From Mantamonas sphyraenae STR306 (taxonomy: Eukaryota; Protista; CRuMs): a DNA stretch of 64,000 nucleotides. The DNA is taken from the NCBI GenBank assembly GCA_026936335.1, contig JAPMXV010000059.1:124001-188000 (forward strand), given 5' to 3'. The position numbers were made by a program, and so were the translations under genes. Positions 30,822 through 42,101 of the stretch are shown here, one piece after another. The notes beneath the pieces are model-generated. The model worked only from the letters and a program-made list of their open reading frames with translations, did no database searches and was not told the origin of the DNA. Positions within the stretch are counted from its first letter, which is position 1. Each line of letters begins with the position of its first letter.

Positions 30822-33223
30822 TCATACCATGTTGCAGATCTTGTCGCGGTACTCGTCGATGTTGTCGTGGGTGAGGACCACCAATTGGCGCTTGGTCAGC
30901 GGCTTCTTGGTCAGCGGACACACGTTCTTCGTGGCCATGTTGTTGAGACAATTGATCCAGCTGCTCATGTCCATCACGTGGCCGTACGGCGAAATGGCGG
31001 GTTTTTCCACCTCTTCCAGCGTGATGGGATCCACAAAGCCCGGCAGCGGGTTTTCCGGGTTGCTCTCGCGCTTCTCCTCAAAGATCACGCTGTCCACAGG
31101 CACGTACATGCGCTTGCTCGTGTTGCCATACTCATCTTCCACCTCCTCTTCCTCCACCTCGTCCCGTCGTCGCTTGTGACTGCGCTTCTTGCGTCCCTTC
31201 TTTGCCGGCTTCTTCTCCCCCGCCACCCGTTGTGTCTGAAACACCAGCGCCGGCCCGCTGGGCAGCGAGCTCACGTTGCCAACCGCACCCACGTCCACGG
31301 ACATGGACATGGACATGGACATGGACGCTGCTGCCGCCGCAGCACTCGTCAGCGTGTCCATGGACAGCGCCGACACCGCGGCGGCGTGTTTGCTGCTGCC
31401 ACTGCTGCTGGCACTCGATGCGCTGCCTGCGCCTCGCTTGCGTGCACTGCCGTGTGAGTTGAGACGCAAGATCTGCTCCTGTGCCTGCTTCACCAGTGCC
31501 GAGTGCTGTGCGTTCTTTGTGGCCTCGCTCAGCTCGCTCACGCCCGAGCGCCGGCGTCGGTCCTTGGCAAAGATAAAGTGGGCCTTGCCCTTGTCGTCCA
31601 GGTAGTAGTTGGGATCCTTGATGATGCCCTTTTCCAGCTGGTTGCGGTAGAAGTTGGAGCATTGGTAGCCCACTCGGCCCGGTATGGCCATGCTGAAGAT
31701 GCCCCACTGGCCGTTCACGCCCAGCTGAGCCACACGTTTGTAGAACAGCTCCTGCTCATGCGGCTTCCACGCCCCGTTGGCTTGCGGCTCCCCCGGCGCG
31801 TTGAAGCGGTAGTAGTACGCGTTGGGGTTGGTGTCGATGCACGCGTAGGCACGGATGCGTGCCGGCGACCAGCCCTCGAACGAGTCCTTCTTCTTCAGGG
31901 CGTCGTCCAGACGCAGCCGCGAGCGCACGTAGCTCGACTCGTTTGTGCTCGACTTCTTCTTCTTGGTGCTCCCACCCGTGGTCTTGGTGCGCCCTGTGCG
32001 CTTGCGCTGACCTTCGTTGCGCACCATCGAGGCCATCGAGCGCACATGCTGTTGGCACAGGTTGTGACGCACGTGCGTCAGGTAGAGAAAGTCCGAGAGT
32101 GCGCTCACCGCCTCGTTCTCGTCGTTCTCCTGCTCCTTGATCGCATACTCCGCCTCTGCACGCGTCACAAAGTTCAGCATCGACATCACCTGGTTCACCT
32201 TCATGCGCATCTCTCGTCGCTCAAATTCCTGGTACTGCCGCTTCTTCTGCTCCACTCGCGTGTTGATCAGGTCCTTTTCGTCGTCGTTGATGTCACCTGC
32301 AAACATGTCCTTCTTTCGCACTCGGTCCAGTGACAGGTCAGCTGCAATGCGCCGCAACAGGGGCATGGATGGATTCAAGGCACATGGTCAACCCCGCTGG
32401 TGTCAGTGGTTACGCGTCTACGGCTTTGTGCAAGGTGTGGGAGACGGTTTTCGGGTGGGGTGATCAGGGGGCACCAGGAATTTGGCGCCTAGCCACCCGT
32501 TGGCCGCCTTTAAAAAGGCGAGGGTCACCTTGGGCCAGAACGGACGGTGGAGACGTCGCATAATGGCATGCACCAGGCGTGTGGATGTATGCAGACACGG
32601 CACTCACCTTTGACAACGAGTTCCTGCAGACCCAAGTCGCGTTCGCTGGTTGGCTGATCAGGCAAAAGCGCGCGCTTTTCTCGCTGCGTGCGCAGACGGG
32701 CCAGGATGTCATCTTCGTGGCTGTAGGCGGGACGCCCGTCACATTTGACCTTGGACGACACATTTGTGGGACTTCCAGGCATCATTTTGCTGAGAGTGAT
32801 GATCTCGCTGCCTGTAGAGTCGACGACGGCCGACGCCGCCGCGCTCGACGACTCTGTACGACGCACCTGCGCCTGCTGCTCGCCCGTACGCATGCCTCCC
32901 GAGCTGCTACGTGACGACGACGAGGAAGAGGAGGACGTGTACTGCTCCGTCGATGCACTTCCCGTACTGCTGCCTGCCTCGCTGTGCCAGTCTTGGGCGC
33001 GAGTGGTGCCTGACGCCGAACGACGCGCCGTGGCAGGCCCTTCACGTCGCCCTGCACCAGCGCTGCGGACCTTGCTCGCCGCCTTCTGGCTCAATTCATC
33101 CTCCAAATAGTTGCGCTTGGGCTTCAGGTCCAGGGTCACCTGCTTCGGCTGACGTGTGCCGCTGCGTCCGCGTGACTTGCTGCTGCGCGTCGACCGCACC
33201 GCAGGTTGTGTTTCGATTTCCAT
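30822..33223 (-). CDS. Myb/SANT-like protein with C-terminal U-box/RING-like domain, two exons
   Basis: NPNAYYYRFNAPGE..GAWKPHEQELF..WGIFSMAIPGRVGYQCSNFYR; FVDPITLEEVEKPAISPYGHV..CPLTKKPL. Confidence 0.75.
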
Positions 33224-33473
33224 GGTTGCTCTATACTTTGTGTGTTTGCTACAGAAAGAGGCCGCTGTTCAATGGTCGAGTGGATGTGGCACTTTGATTC
33301 AAAAATTGGTCGACCTCGAATGGGGAAAACGAATCGGAATTGGTGGCGATGGCGCTGATGGCGCAACCCACACACACTCTCTCTCTCTCGGGTTTGTGCC
33401 AGCCGCCAGCCGCCAGCCGCCAGCCACCTCTCCTCGCCGTCCAGTTGCAAATAGGAATCCAGAAAAGTGCAAA

Positions 33474-35843
33474 CTAGAGGCCTTGCAGCAGCTCCTGCTT
33501 TCGCTTCTGCTCCTCTTCCTCGAGCACCTTTTCGCTCGCCACACGCTCTGCCTCTGCTTGCATGACCTTGGTCAGCCGTGTGAACACCTCCTCTGTGCTC
33601 TGGAATGTGGTGATTCTCTTCAGCGTTGCCTGTTCCTCCTTGGCATCCGAGGAAAACGCAACTCCCTTGCCCTTGCTACGGTGATGCTCCTCCTGCGCCT
33701 CTTGCTGCTTCTGCATCTCCTCCTCCACATCTTCACGTGTAACCACCACCAACTCTCCTTCCTCCCGTGCCCGTTGCTGCTCCTCCATCTCGTCGTCTGT
33801 CATCGCACGCAGGGTTCCGTCCAGGTTGGCCGTGATTCCCTTCAAATCCGAGCGTTCAAGCTTGACAAAGCAATCTCGCTCTGCTCGCGACAGATGATCT
33901 CGTGCAGACTTGTCAATTTGGATGTGGTTCATCTCTGCCGTGGCCTCGAGGCGAGCGGCAAGCACCACCGGGAATCCCCCCACCTTCCAGAAGCGACGTT
34001 GCGACCCATACACGCCACTGACCACCTCTCCGTACGCGATCCCGATGCGTGCACCCAACATTTCCGACTCTTCCGACGCAGTCTCTGCATCTTCCAGGTC
34101 GTCGTCCTCGTCGACGCTGGACGAGCTGCCCATGCGCGTGCGTGCAGCAGCAGCCTGCTCCGCGCTCAGCGACGACACCGATGTGTTGCGAGCCCAGTCG
34201 ATCATCTCCACGGCGGCATAGAGAGCACGTCTGCACGCGTGCCTGCCTGCGGAAAACGCAAGCACGCTGTCGCCTTCGTGATCCACCACGTCCAGCTTGT
34301 ACTTCTCGGCGATGCGATCCAGGGCACTGTACGTCACCTTGTGGTGACTGTGCAGCAACCCAAAGTTTTCTTTGTGCTTGGTCACCCAGCTGGTGTAGCC
34401 CTTCTGGTCCAGCAGCAACACGGCGCCTTTGAGCACCTCAGGGTCCTCCAGGCTGGCGTTGTCGGACCAGGCAAGACGACGCGGCAGAGTTGCATTCAGG
34501 ATGTTTTGCTTGGCTTCACGCTTGGTGACATACTTGGAGGCGTCGAGAAAGTTGGCACACAGCAGGTCGTCCTTGAGTGTCCACACCGTCACTTTGATGG
34601 GAAACAGTTCCGGTCCACGCGGTCCCATGCGCTTGCCCTTCAGCGACAGCTCTCGGTTGAGCACCCTCGACTCACGGTCGCGTGCCTTGTCACGTCGGAA
34701 GCGTCGCAGGAAGCGGTCGTGCATCTCGGCAATCTCGTCGGGCATCAACATCTTGATGTTGAATTTCTTCTCCACGCAGTAGTCGATGTTGATGCCAAAC
34801 ATCATGGCGATCTTGTCGTTGCCAGCCAGGATGGTGCCGTGGGAATCGGCCATGAGCTGGCCAACCACACTCTCCTTGAAGACCCGTCGGTACACGACCT
34901 CACCACGACGCGCCTCCGACACATCCTCCAGCGACTGTATGGTCATGACAAACACCTTTGCAGGCTCGGCGCCATCGGCCAGGCTGGTGTTGAACGCCAG
35001 CGGACGCAGAAACCACGAGATCTTGAACTCCTCCTCGCGGCCGTGTTGGTTCAGACGGACGGCTTTGGTGATCAAAGGAGTGTCTGTGTTGACCAATTGC
35101 GACGGTGGCAGTTCGCCCGTCTTTTGCCACCGCTTCATGAAGGATTTGATGTAGTTTCCATGGCCCTTGCGCATGCTGCGTGGCATGATGACCTCGATGT
35201 TTTGCCCACGCAGCCATGATCCCGTCATTCTGAACATTTTCTCAAACTGCTCATTCACCTGCATGATGCCCAGGTCGATGTGGTAGACAAGGACGGCATC
35301 TGACATGGTTTCCATCACAGTCTCGGCCAGCAGGCTGTTGATCTGCGCCTGCACCAACTCTGACCGCAGATCCTCGACGCTCTCCATTGCCTCGACACTC
35401 TGTTGGACCTCGCCGCTGTCCACATAGCGTCCAATCTTGCCCACAAGCTCCAGTTGGATGTTGACGCCGCTGTCATCGGGTTCGAACGAGCTGCTGTGGC
35501 TGTGGGGGTAAGATCCGTCCGTGGATACGGATCGGGGAGAAACGGCGCCGTCACGTTCCTCCTCGTCCGACTTGACCACATCCACCGTCTCCTCGCCACT
35601 TGAAGAGATGTCCATGCTCTTGTCCGACGAGTCGGATGCTTCGGCATCCGACTTGTCGACATTGTTGGACGCCGAGTCGGCGAGCGTCTTGGCTCCAGAG
35701 CCCGAAAACTCTCCGGTTCGCTTTTCCTTCTCTGGGGTCCGCAGTGCGGGAGCCAAGCTTGAGGATGCCGAGGACCGGAAAGACGAGCTGTACGTCGAAG
35801 AGGAATATGCAGAAGTGCGGTACCCGCCGGGGCTGAACGACAT
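33474..35843 (-). CDS. PAS-PAS class III nucleotidyl cyclase-like protein
   Basis: ETMSDAVLV..GIMQVNEQFEKMF..GQNIEVIMP; ADSHGTILAGN..NIKMLMP; LLLDQKGYT, EGDSVLA, RIGIAYGEVVSGVYG, LAARLE. Confidence 0.8.
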   Translation of the reverse strand: MSFSPGGYRTSAYSSSTYSSSFRSSASSSLAPALRTPEKEKRTGEFSGSGAKTLADSASNNVDKSDAEASDSSDKSMDISSSGEETVDVVKSDEEERDGAVSPRSVSTDGSYPHSHSSSFEPDDSGVNIQLELVGKIGRYVDSGEVQQSVEAMESVEDLRSELVQAQINSLLAETVMETMSDAVLVYHIDLGIMQVNEQFEKMFRMTGSWLRGQNIEVIMPRSMRKGHGNYIKSFMKRWQKTGELPPSQLVNTDTPLITKAVRLNQHGREEEFKISWFLRPLAFNTSLADGAEPAKVFVMTIQSLEDVSEARRGEVVYRRVFKESVVGQLMADSHGTILAGNDKIAMMFGINIDYCVEKKFNIKMLMPDEIAEMHDRFLRRFRRDKARDRESRVLNRELSLKGKRMGPRGPELFPIKVTVWTLKDDLLCANFLDASKYVTKREAKQNILNATLPRRLAWSDNASLEDPEVLKGAVLLLDQKGYTSWVTKHKENFGLLHSHHKVTYSALDRIAEKYKLDVVDHEGDSVLAFSAGRHACRRALYAAVEMIDWARNTSVSSLSAEQAAAARTRMGSSSSVDEDDDLEDAETASEESEMLGARIGIAYGEVVSGVYGSQRRFWKVGGFPVVLAARLEATAEMNHIQIDKSARDHLSRAERDCFVKLERSDLKGITANLDGTLRAMTDDEMEEQQRAREEGELVVVTREDVEEEMQKQQEAQEEHHRSKGKGVAFSSDAKEEQATLKRITTFQSTEEVFTRLTKVMQAEAERVASEKVLEEEEQKRKQELLQGL

Positions 35844-35874
35844 GCTGAAAAGGTTGGTTTGCTGTGTGCGAATT

Positions 35875-36049
35875 TCACTTCCCTTCTTCATCCCCCTTTG
35901 AATGCACTTTGATGTCCTCAAGCTCCACATCCTGCGATCCGTACACTCCTGTCTCTGCATTCTTGCTGTCCGAGTCTGTGGCAGACTCTGCGGTGGCCTG
36001 CTTGTCCTGAATGGCCGCGTCCTGATTGCCTTCTTCCGCATCATTGTCA

Positions 36050-36088
<39 letters not shown>

Positions 36089-36997
36089 TCCTGTTGCTGG
36101 GCGGCAGCGAGCACACGCTGGCTCAGCTCATCCTGTGTGCCCTTGCGCACGCACCAGAGGTACATGATCAAATTGAACACGCGTTCAAACAGCGCAAACT
36201 CGTGGAACATGTGCACGTTGCCGTCGTTGGTGAAAAGCTGCAGAACATCGCTGTAGCTCTGGCCCTTTTGCAGGTTCGGCACGTCTGTGGGAACGTAGAC
36301 GGCGACCCCGCCGGCCTTTTGTTTGATGGCGACGGCGAGGCGCACGTCGATGACGTCGTCAAAGCAGATGGACACCGGAATCAGTTCGGTTTGATTCTTT
36401 TCTGCGTCCTTGTAGTTGCACAGGAAGCAGAAGTAGCCCTTGGTGATGAACGCCACGCCCGTGTACAGCGACGTGCTGATGTTTGTGGCCAGCGCGTCTG
36501 CAAACAGCTTCTCGTCTGCGGGAAGGTCAAAGTGTTTGTTGAACTGCTGTTCCCTGTCGCCCAGCTTCAGGGCGCTCTTCTCAGCCATGCGGCTCGCCTT
36601 GGCGCTCGCTGCGTCCACTTTGTCCTGCGCCTTCTGCATTCCTCGATCCATCTTTTTGCCCAGATTGGAAAAGAACCCTCCTGTGGTGGATTGCCGGTGT
36701 GTGTATGAACGGCACGTGCGTCCGTGTTTCCTGTGAGTCGCGTGCGAGTGTTTCCTGCTCGCGGCCGCACACGTTTCCCACCGCCGCGCTTTTCCCATCG
36801 TCCCCTCGACCCGTCACACACCTTCGCTCTGCGGTGTTCCGCCCAAACGGGTTTCACGTCCCACACATGCCCATGCCCAGTCCGATCAGTGCAGTGTAGC
36901 ATGTCAGCCGGTGTCCCTGCGAGCGAATCAACTGGAAGCTTCCCGTGTCGTCCACCGTGACGACGCCTGCACTTCCTCTCTGACCCGCCCCTACCAT
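35875..36997 (-). CDS. GRAM-domain-like protein; main exon 36681-35875, 5' micro-exons inferred
   Basis: QFNKHFDLPADEKL..LYTGVAFITKGYFCF; possible ATG-only exon at 36997 and 7-nt exon 36828-36822. Confidence 0.6.
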
Positions 36998-37109
36998 GTC
37001 TGCTTCAGTAGTTAATGTGTGTTGTGTGGATTCCAAGGTGGATGTGTGTTTGTGAGAGGTGCCTGAACAGGCTTTTGTTTGTTTGGCTGGTTGCCCGCGA
37101 GCAGACACA

Positions 37110-39476
37110 TCACGACTCCGCATCGGTTGCCGGTTGAATGCGCTGCAGTGACATCGGTATGTCTGCAACCCACGCCATCTTCTCTTCTGGGAATGTGAGG
37201 TAGTACTCCAGGGCGTGCTGGCAGCCATCGTCACCCCCGTTGCATCCACCATCCCCAGCTGTCGATGCGAGCATCACAAAGAGCACCAGCACAACAATAG
37301 GCATGTACATGCCCAACACCACGGAAGCACGCACGCAGTACACGGGCGTGTCCAGAAGAATTGAGAACAAAACCAACGCGGCCATCTGCTGTTGCGGAAC
37401 CTCCGCAGGCGCATCGTGGGAAAACGTCATCCACAGGAGAGTGAGACGAGCATACGCCACTCCTGCAATCGCCACGGCCACGTAGATGACCAAAAACACG
37501 ATTCCTGCACCCCAGTGCCCAGCCGCAAACCAGAACGCCGCGCTGGTTCCCAGCGCACCTTTGGCAATGTGAAACACATGGTAGGTGTGGTACACATGGA
37601 AAGTCGTCTGGTCTGGATGCATCACAGACCAGTTCGATCCCCGAAGCATCTCGATCCAATCCCAGACAGCGGTCACGGGAAGAACGCCACACAAACCCAG
37701 AGCCACGACGCTTTTCATGTTCACTGTCCCTCCATGGACACCGAATCGGGCATTGCACGTCTCGCTGTCCATGAATCCGATCAGCACGAGCACCACCAGC
37801 TTCACAACGACGAGGATCCCAGCAAATGCTCCAAAGCTTGCCACATCCACTCCGCTCCCCAGAGTGCCCAGCAGGACAAGCTCCACCACATCCAAACCAG
37901 CCACAATCCAATGCACCGGTCCTGTGGCTGTCTCTTTCTTCTCCCTGCCTCGTGCATCCAGGACAACCACGGTGCGTCCGTTTGTGTTTGTGTGCGTGCT
38001 CACGTCTGCCTCCTCCTTCCCTTGCACCTGAAGCACAACATGGGACACTCCTGAAACCAGGGGCAACTCTGGTGCAATAAAGCGCACGAATTGGATATGC
38101 ACGAGCAGCATGATGTTGCATGCCGGCCCAAGCATCATCAGCCACGCAAACTCAACCATCAGTTCGAATCCCCACACCACAGGCATGTCTGTCACCCAGA
38201 ACCCGATGACTGCATCCATGCACAGAAAGCCACCTACCGTGCCCACAATGTGCACAAGTGTGCCTGCCCACAACAGACGGGGCGACTGTAGCCCGCCTTC
38301 CACCACAGTGCCAGCGCTTGTGTACGCGCCCACAATGACCATACCCGTACTCAACATGCTGTTACGCACCCACATCGTCTGCTGAGGCCACTCAACACAC
38401 AGCCACGCAAAGAATATTGTCATCGCCGTGAAGATCGACCCCAAAGTGGGCAAATTGCGCAGCGGTGTCACGAGATTCGCAACAGGATACTTGCTACCCG
38501 TGCTTCCCGTGTTGCCCTGCTTCAAACCTTCCTGTTTCTTCTTTTCCTTCGCCTTGTTTCGCAGATGAAAGCCGAGTGTTGACAAGTACAAGGCGACCGA
38601 GAGCCCAACCAGCACGTACGAGTAGTTGAGATGCCTGGAACGTGGCAACAGCCGCTTGGACATGGCGCCGTACTGCAGCCAAAACGTACCGGCCTTGATC
38701 GACCTATCCTGCACATAGTCGCTGCGCGTGACATTCGGCATCACACTCCCGCAAGTGTTGTTTGCCGTGCCACTCACACGACGAAATGCCCATCCTTCGT
38801 TCGCCTCGTCATCCGAGCCTGAGTCCCTGTATGCAAACGTGGTGCAGTTGGCAGCAGTGCAATAGCGAGGGAGGCCGTTTTCCACAGGCAGGTCGGCACT
38901 CCATGTCAAGGGAGCCATACTGTACTGCTGGAAAATCCACACCCACACAGAAACATTGCCTGATGCAGGCGCGTTGCCTTTCTTGGAGACTGTGAGTTCA
39001 AACGGCCCGTCGACGCCCAAGGCGTCGTCAAGATTCTTCCCCGCGTGACAACACGGCCGACTTGTCGTCTGCGCGTCCAACTCCAACACACACAATGTTT
39101 GGCCAGCGGCAGACAGCGACGCCACCACCGTCATATTTGCGGGCGCATCCCGCAGCTCCAGCATCGGCAACACGACGAGGGACTGGCCGGGCAGCACAGA
39201 AACCGTTTTCGGCAACGACTGCGCTTGCCACGGAGCCAACGGGAGCACCCAGGGACGAGGTGTTGCCACCAAGCCAAAGAACACCGAAAATGCAATCACC
39301 ACTGCGAGCGGAAGCCCCCCCGAAAATTTGGACCACTGCATCGATTCAGAAAAGGAAATTGCGTGTCGCGGTGAACGCAAACTCCAATCGCAAACGCCTC
39401 TTTGTCCCTGCCCACGCATCGGCAGCCAAAAGCACACGTCGTCATACTTCTCCGTTATTGTACCCACTGCCTGCAT
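37110..39476 (-). CDS. Multi-pass membrane protein with Cys-containing N-terminal ectodomain, unknown function
   Basis: 788-aa ORF with an N-terminal hydrophobic segment and about 10-12 later hydrophobic segments. Confidence 0.6.
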   Translation of the reverse strand: MQAVGTITEKYDDVCFWLPMRGQGQRGVCDWSLRSPRHAISFSESMQWSKFSGGLPLAVVIAFSVFFGLVATPRPWVLPLAPWQAQSLPKTVSVLPGQSLVVLPMLELRDAPANMTVVASLSAAGQTLCVLELDAQTTSRPCCHAGKNLDDALGVDGPFELTVSKKGNAPASGNVSVWVWIFQQYSMAPLTWSADLPVENGLPRYCTAANCTTFAYRDSGSDDEANEGWAFRRVSGTANNTCGSVMPNVTRSDYVQDRSIKAGTFWLQYGAMSKRLLPRSRHLNYSYVLVGLSVALYLSTLGFHLRNKAKEKKKQEGLKQGNTGSTGSKYPVANLVTPLRNLPTLGSIFTAMTIFFAWLCVEWPQQTMWVRNSMLSTGMVIVGAYTSAGTVVEGGLQSPRLLWAGTLVHIVGTVGGFLCMDAVIGFWVTDMPVVWGFELMVEFAWLMMLGPACNIMLLVHIQFVRFIAPELPLVSGVSHVVLQVQGKEEADVSTHTNTNGRTVVVLDARGREKKETATGPVHWIVAGLDVVELVLLGTLGSGVDVASFGAFAGILVVVKLVVLVLIGFMDSETCNARFGVHGGTVNMKSVVALGLCGVLPVTAVWDWIEMLRGSNWSVMHPDQTTFHVYHTYHVFHIAKGALGTSAAFWFAAGHWGAGIVFLVIYVAVAIAGVAYARLTLLWMTFSHDAPAEVPQQQMAALVLFSILLDTPVYCVRASVVLGMYMPIVVLVLFVMLASTAGDGGCNGGDDGCQHALEYYLTFPEEKMAWVADIPMSLQRIQPATDAES

Positions 39477-39536
39477 GGAGGAACACGATTGGTTTCCATT
39501 TCATCACGCACCTCCATGCCTGTTTCTTGGTCCATC

Positions 39537-40253
39537 TCACGCCTTGTTGCCGCCACCCACAGACACGGCAGAGGAATCACCGGCTGTCCTGCTGAGCGAA
39601 CCCTTGGCCTGACGCAAACGCAGGAGACGCACGCTGATGACAGAGAAAATGACCATAAAGGCTTCGAGCACGCGTGAAATCCACCGTGTGGTCAGCCATA
39701 CCTGCGGGTCTCGATCGATGCCCGTGATGGCCAGGACAGACACCAACACAATGGAGGTGGTGAGAAAGATGGTGTTGATCGCCGTCGTGCGCGTCAGCTG
39801 GATCAGCAACTTTCCCGTCGACGACCCAAAGTCGTACCGCAGCCCAGACTTTTTCGCATTCGTGTACACCGAGTAGCCCAACGCAGAGCCGTAGCGAACA
39901 AAGCCACACATGATCACAAACGCGTACAGGCCGATGCTGACAAACAACGCCAGCGTGACCCCGGCCGTCTCGTCCGGATCTTCCACCGTTCCCAGAAGCA
40001 CCGCAATCACGAGCTGACCCACCATCACCAGGAACGCTGCCAGTCCCATGAGATACTTTGTCACCATGCTGATTTCTCTCTTGACCCGCGTCGCCTTGCG
40101 CGACACACGGATCCAGGTCAGCAGTTGCGCGCCGTACATGTTGATGATGCACCCAAAGAAGAAGCTGAACAACACCTCCAGCAGCCAGCGGTCGATCAGC
40201 CCCTTGTTGCCCCACGAGTCTACCGGATCCAGAAAGTAAAACAGAAATCGCGC

Positions 40254-40284
<31 letters not shown>

Positions 40285-41017
40285 GACCGCGGGCCAAAGG
40301 GATTTTTTTGGGTGTCAGCCGTCACCGGACACTCACCCTCTTCTCCGGCAACCGCTTTTTGTGCGCGTACGCGGGCATGCACGCCACCGTGTCGCACACC
40401 CCACGCCTGGCCGTTACATCTGCGCACGTCTGCGCCCCAAACTTACTCAGGGTGGCAAAGAAACACGCCACGAGCGACACAAGGGGTGTCTTGTTGAATT
40501 GTTTGTAGTCCTGGAGAACCGTCCAGGCCACCAGTTCATACGTCGTCCAGACCCACAGCATCACAAAGATGCTTGCCGTCGTGTAGCTGTACACATCAAA
40601 TGCCTCGCCTGCCAAGTGTCCAGTGTCCCGCCGTCCTCTTGCCGTGTCAGCATCGCCCTGTGAAGACCTGTGATTGCTTCGCCTCTTTGCGCAAAGGCCA
40701 AAACGGCCTCCCGCCCGCTCATTTCGCAGCCCACCCGCGCGCCCTAGCGCTCTCTGCAACCCCATCTCCCACCCCTGTCACCTACCCAACACTTCGTGAT
40801 AGGTGATTTGGCAATTGGAGCCCGCAAAACCGTTCGATGTGCAGTCGCAGCCCGTAATATTGCCCGAGTTTCCTTCCACACAGGGCCCCTTCGAGTTGCA
40901 CTGGACCTTGCCGCACTCCTTCAACTCCTGTTGGCTCCGCGCGCCCTCCACGCCCGTTGCCACACAGCACAACCACAGGAGCAGCACTGTGGCCATGCCC
41001 ATCCACACAGCTCGCAT
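39537..41017 (-). CDS. Signal peptide + EGF-like domain + 7TM-like receptor, multi-exon
   Basis: MRAVWMGMATVLLLWLCC..CGKVQCNSKGPC..CDCTSNGFAGSNC followed by multiple TM segments. Confidence 0.65.
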
Positions 41018-41124
41018 GGACGACGTGGTTATCGTTGTTTTTTTGTTTGTGTCTGCCCGCGCTCCCCAAACCCTAACCCACTCTCCCCCTCTGTCCTCCG
41101 CAGCGCAGCAGCACAACCCCTCGC

Positions 41125-41901
41125 TCACTCCTTGCTCATGTCGTCGTTGACGGTGCCAAAGTAGCGGTCTCCAAAGTTGCCTACGCCCGGCACAATAAAG
41201 TTGTCCTCGTTCAGGTCGTCATCCACCTGGCAGCACACAATGTGCATGTCTGGATGCTTCGACATGACCTGCTCCACCCCCTTGGGCGATGCAATCAGGG
41301 TCAGGAACAGGATGTGGTCCTCGGGCACGCCGTTCTCCACAAGCACATCCACCGCCTTGGCGCAGCTGTTGCCTGTGGCAAGCAGCGGGTCCAACAGAAG
41401 CACATGTCTGTCCTTGATGTCCGAAGGCAGACGCACATAGATCAGCTCCCGCTCGTTCGTCCCGGTCCCACGTGAAATCAGGATCTTGCCAATGCGAATC
41501 CCGAGACAACATGCGCGCACTGCACTCTCCATAGCCTCACCCGAGCGGATCAGCGCCACCGCACAGATGTTGGTGCTGAACTTCACTCCCGAGTACAAGC
41601 CTCCCGTGGGCGTTTCAACCTCCTCGTCCGAGTATGGAAGGTACGAGAGACCCTCTTCCACCAGCAGCCGGATCAGCCGGTCGCTGTAAAAGATAAAGTC
41701 CTGGTTCGACGTGTCCTTGTCCCGAATCGTCGTCATCAACGCCGTCACCTGTTTGCTCTCTCCCATCAGGTGAAAGTTCTCCCCAAACCTGTTGTCGCTG
41801 TTGTCGCCGCTGCTGCTGCTGCTTCCGCTTTCGCCGATCTCTTTTGCGTCCGTGGTGCTCTGTGCTCCACATATCGCCCCGCCCCACGCCATCGTGCGCA
41901 A
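41125..41901 (-). CDS. UPRT: Uracil phosphoribosyltransferase; start uncertain
   Basis: LMTTIRDKDT..FIFYSDRLIRLLVEEGL, RSGEAME, IRIGKILI, LLLDPLLATGNS, IVPGVGNFGDRYFGT. Confidence 0.95.
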   Translation of the reverse strand: MRTMAWGGAICGAQSTTDAKEIGESGSSSSSGDNSDNRFGENFHLMGESKQVTALMTTIRDKDTSNQDFIFYSDRLIRLLVEEGLSYLPYSDEEVETPTGGLYSGVKFSTNICAVALIRSGEAMESAVRACCLGIRIGKILISRGTGTNERELIYVRLPSDIKDRHVLLLDPLLATGNSCAKAVDVLVENGVPEDHILFLTLIASPKGVEQVMSKHPDMHIVCCQVDDDLNEDNFIVPGVGNFGDRYFGTVNDDMSKE

Positions 41902-42101
41902 AACCCAAACCCATCGTCATGTGTCAGCCTCTGTGTGTTCCTCCTCCAAACCGTCGCCTTGTCACTCCATTCCACCCTCTCACCATTGTCGCTCCAACAA
42001 ATTCTGCTGCCTGGAGCGGCGCGGCACAAAAACAAAACAACAAAATGTGCGCGCAACTCAATCCCGCCTGCATTGCTTCTCGCTTTTCCTCTCCCACATC
42101 A

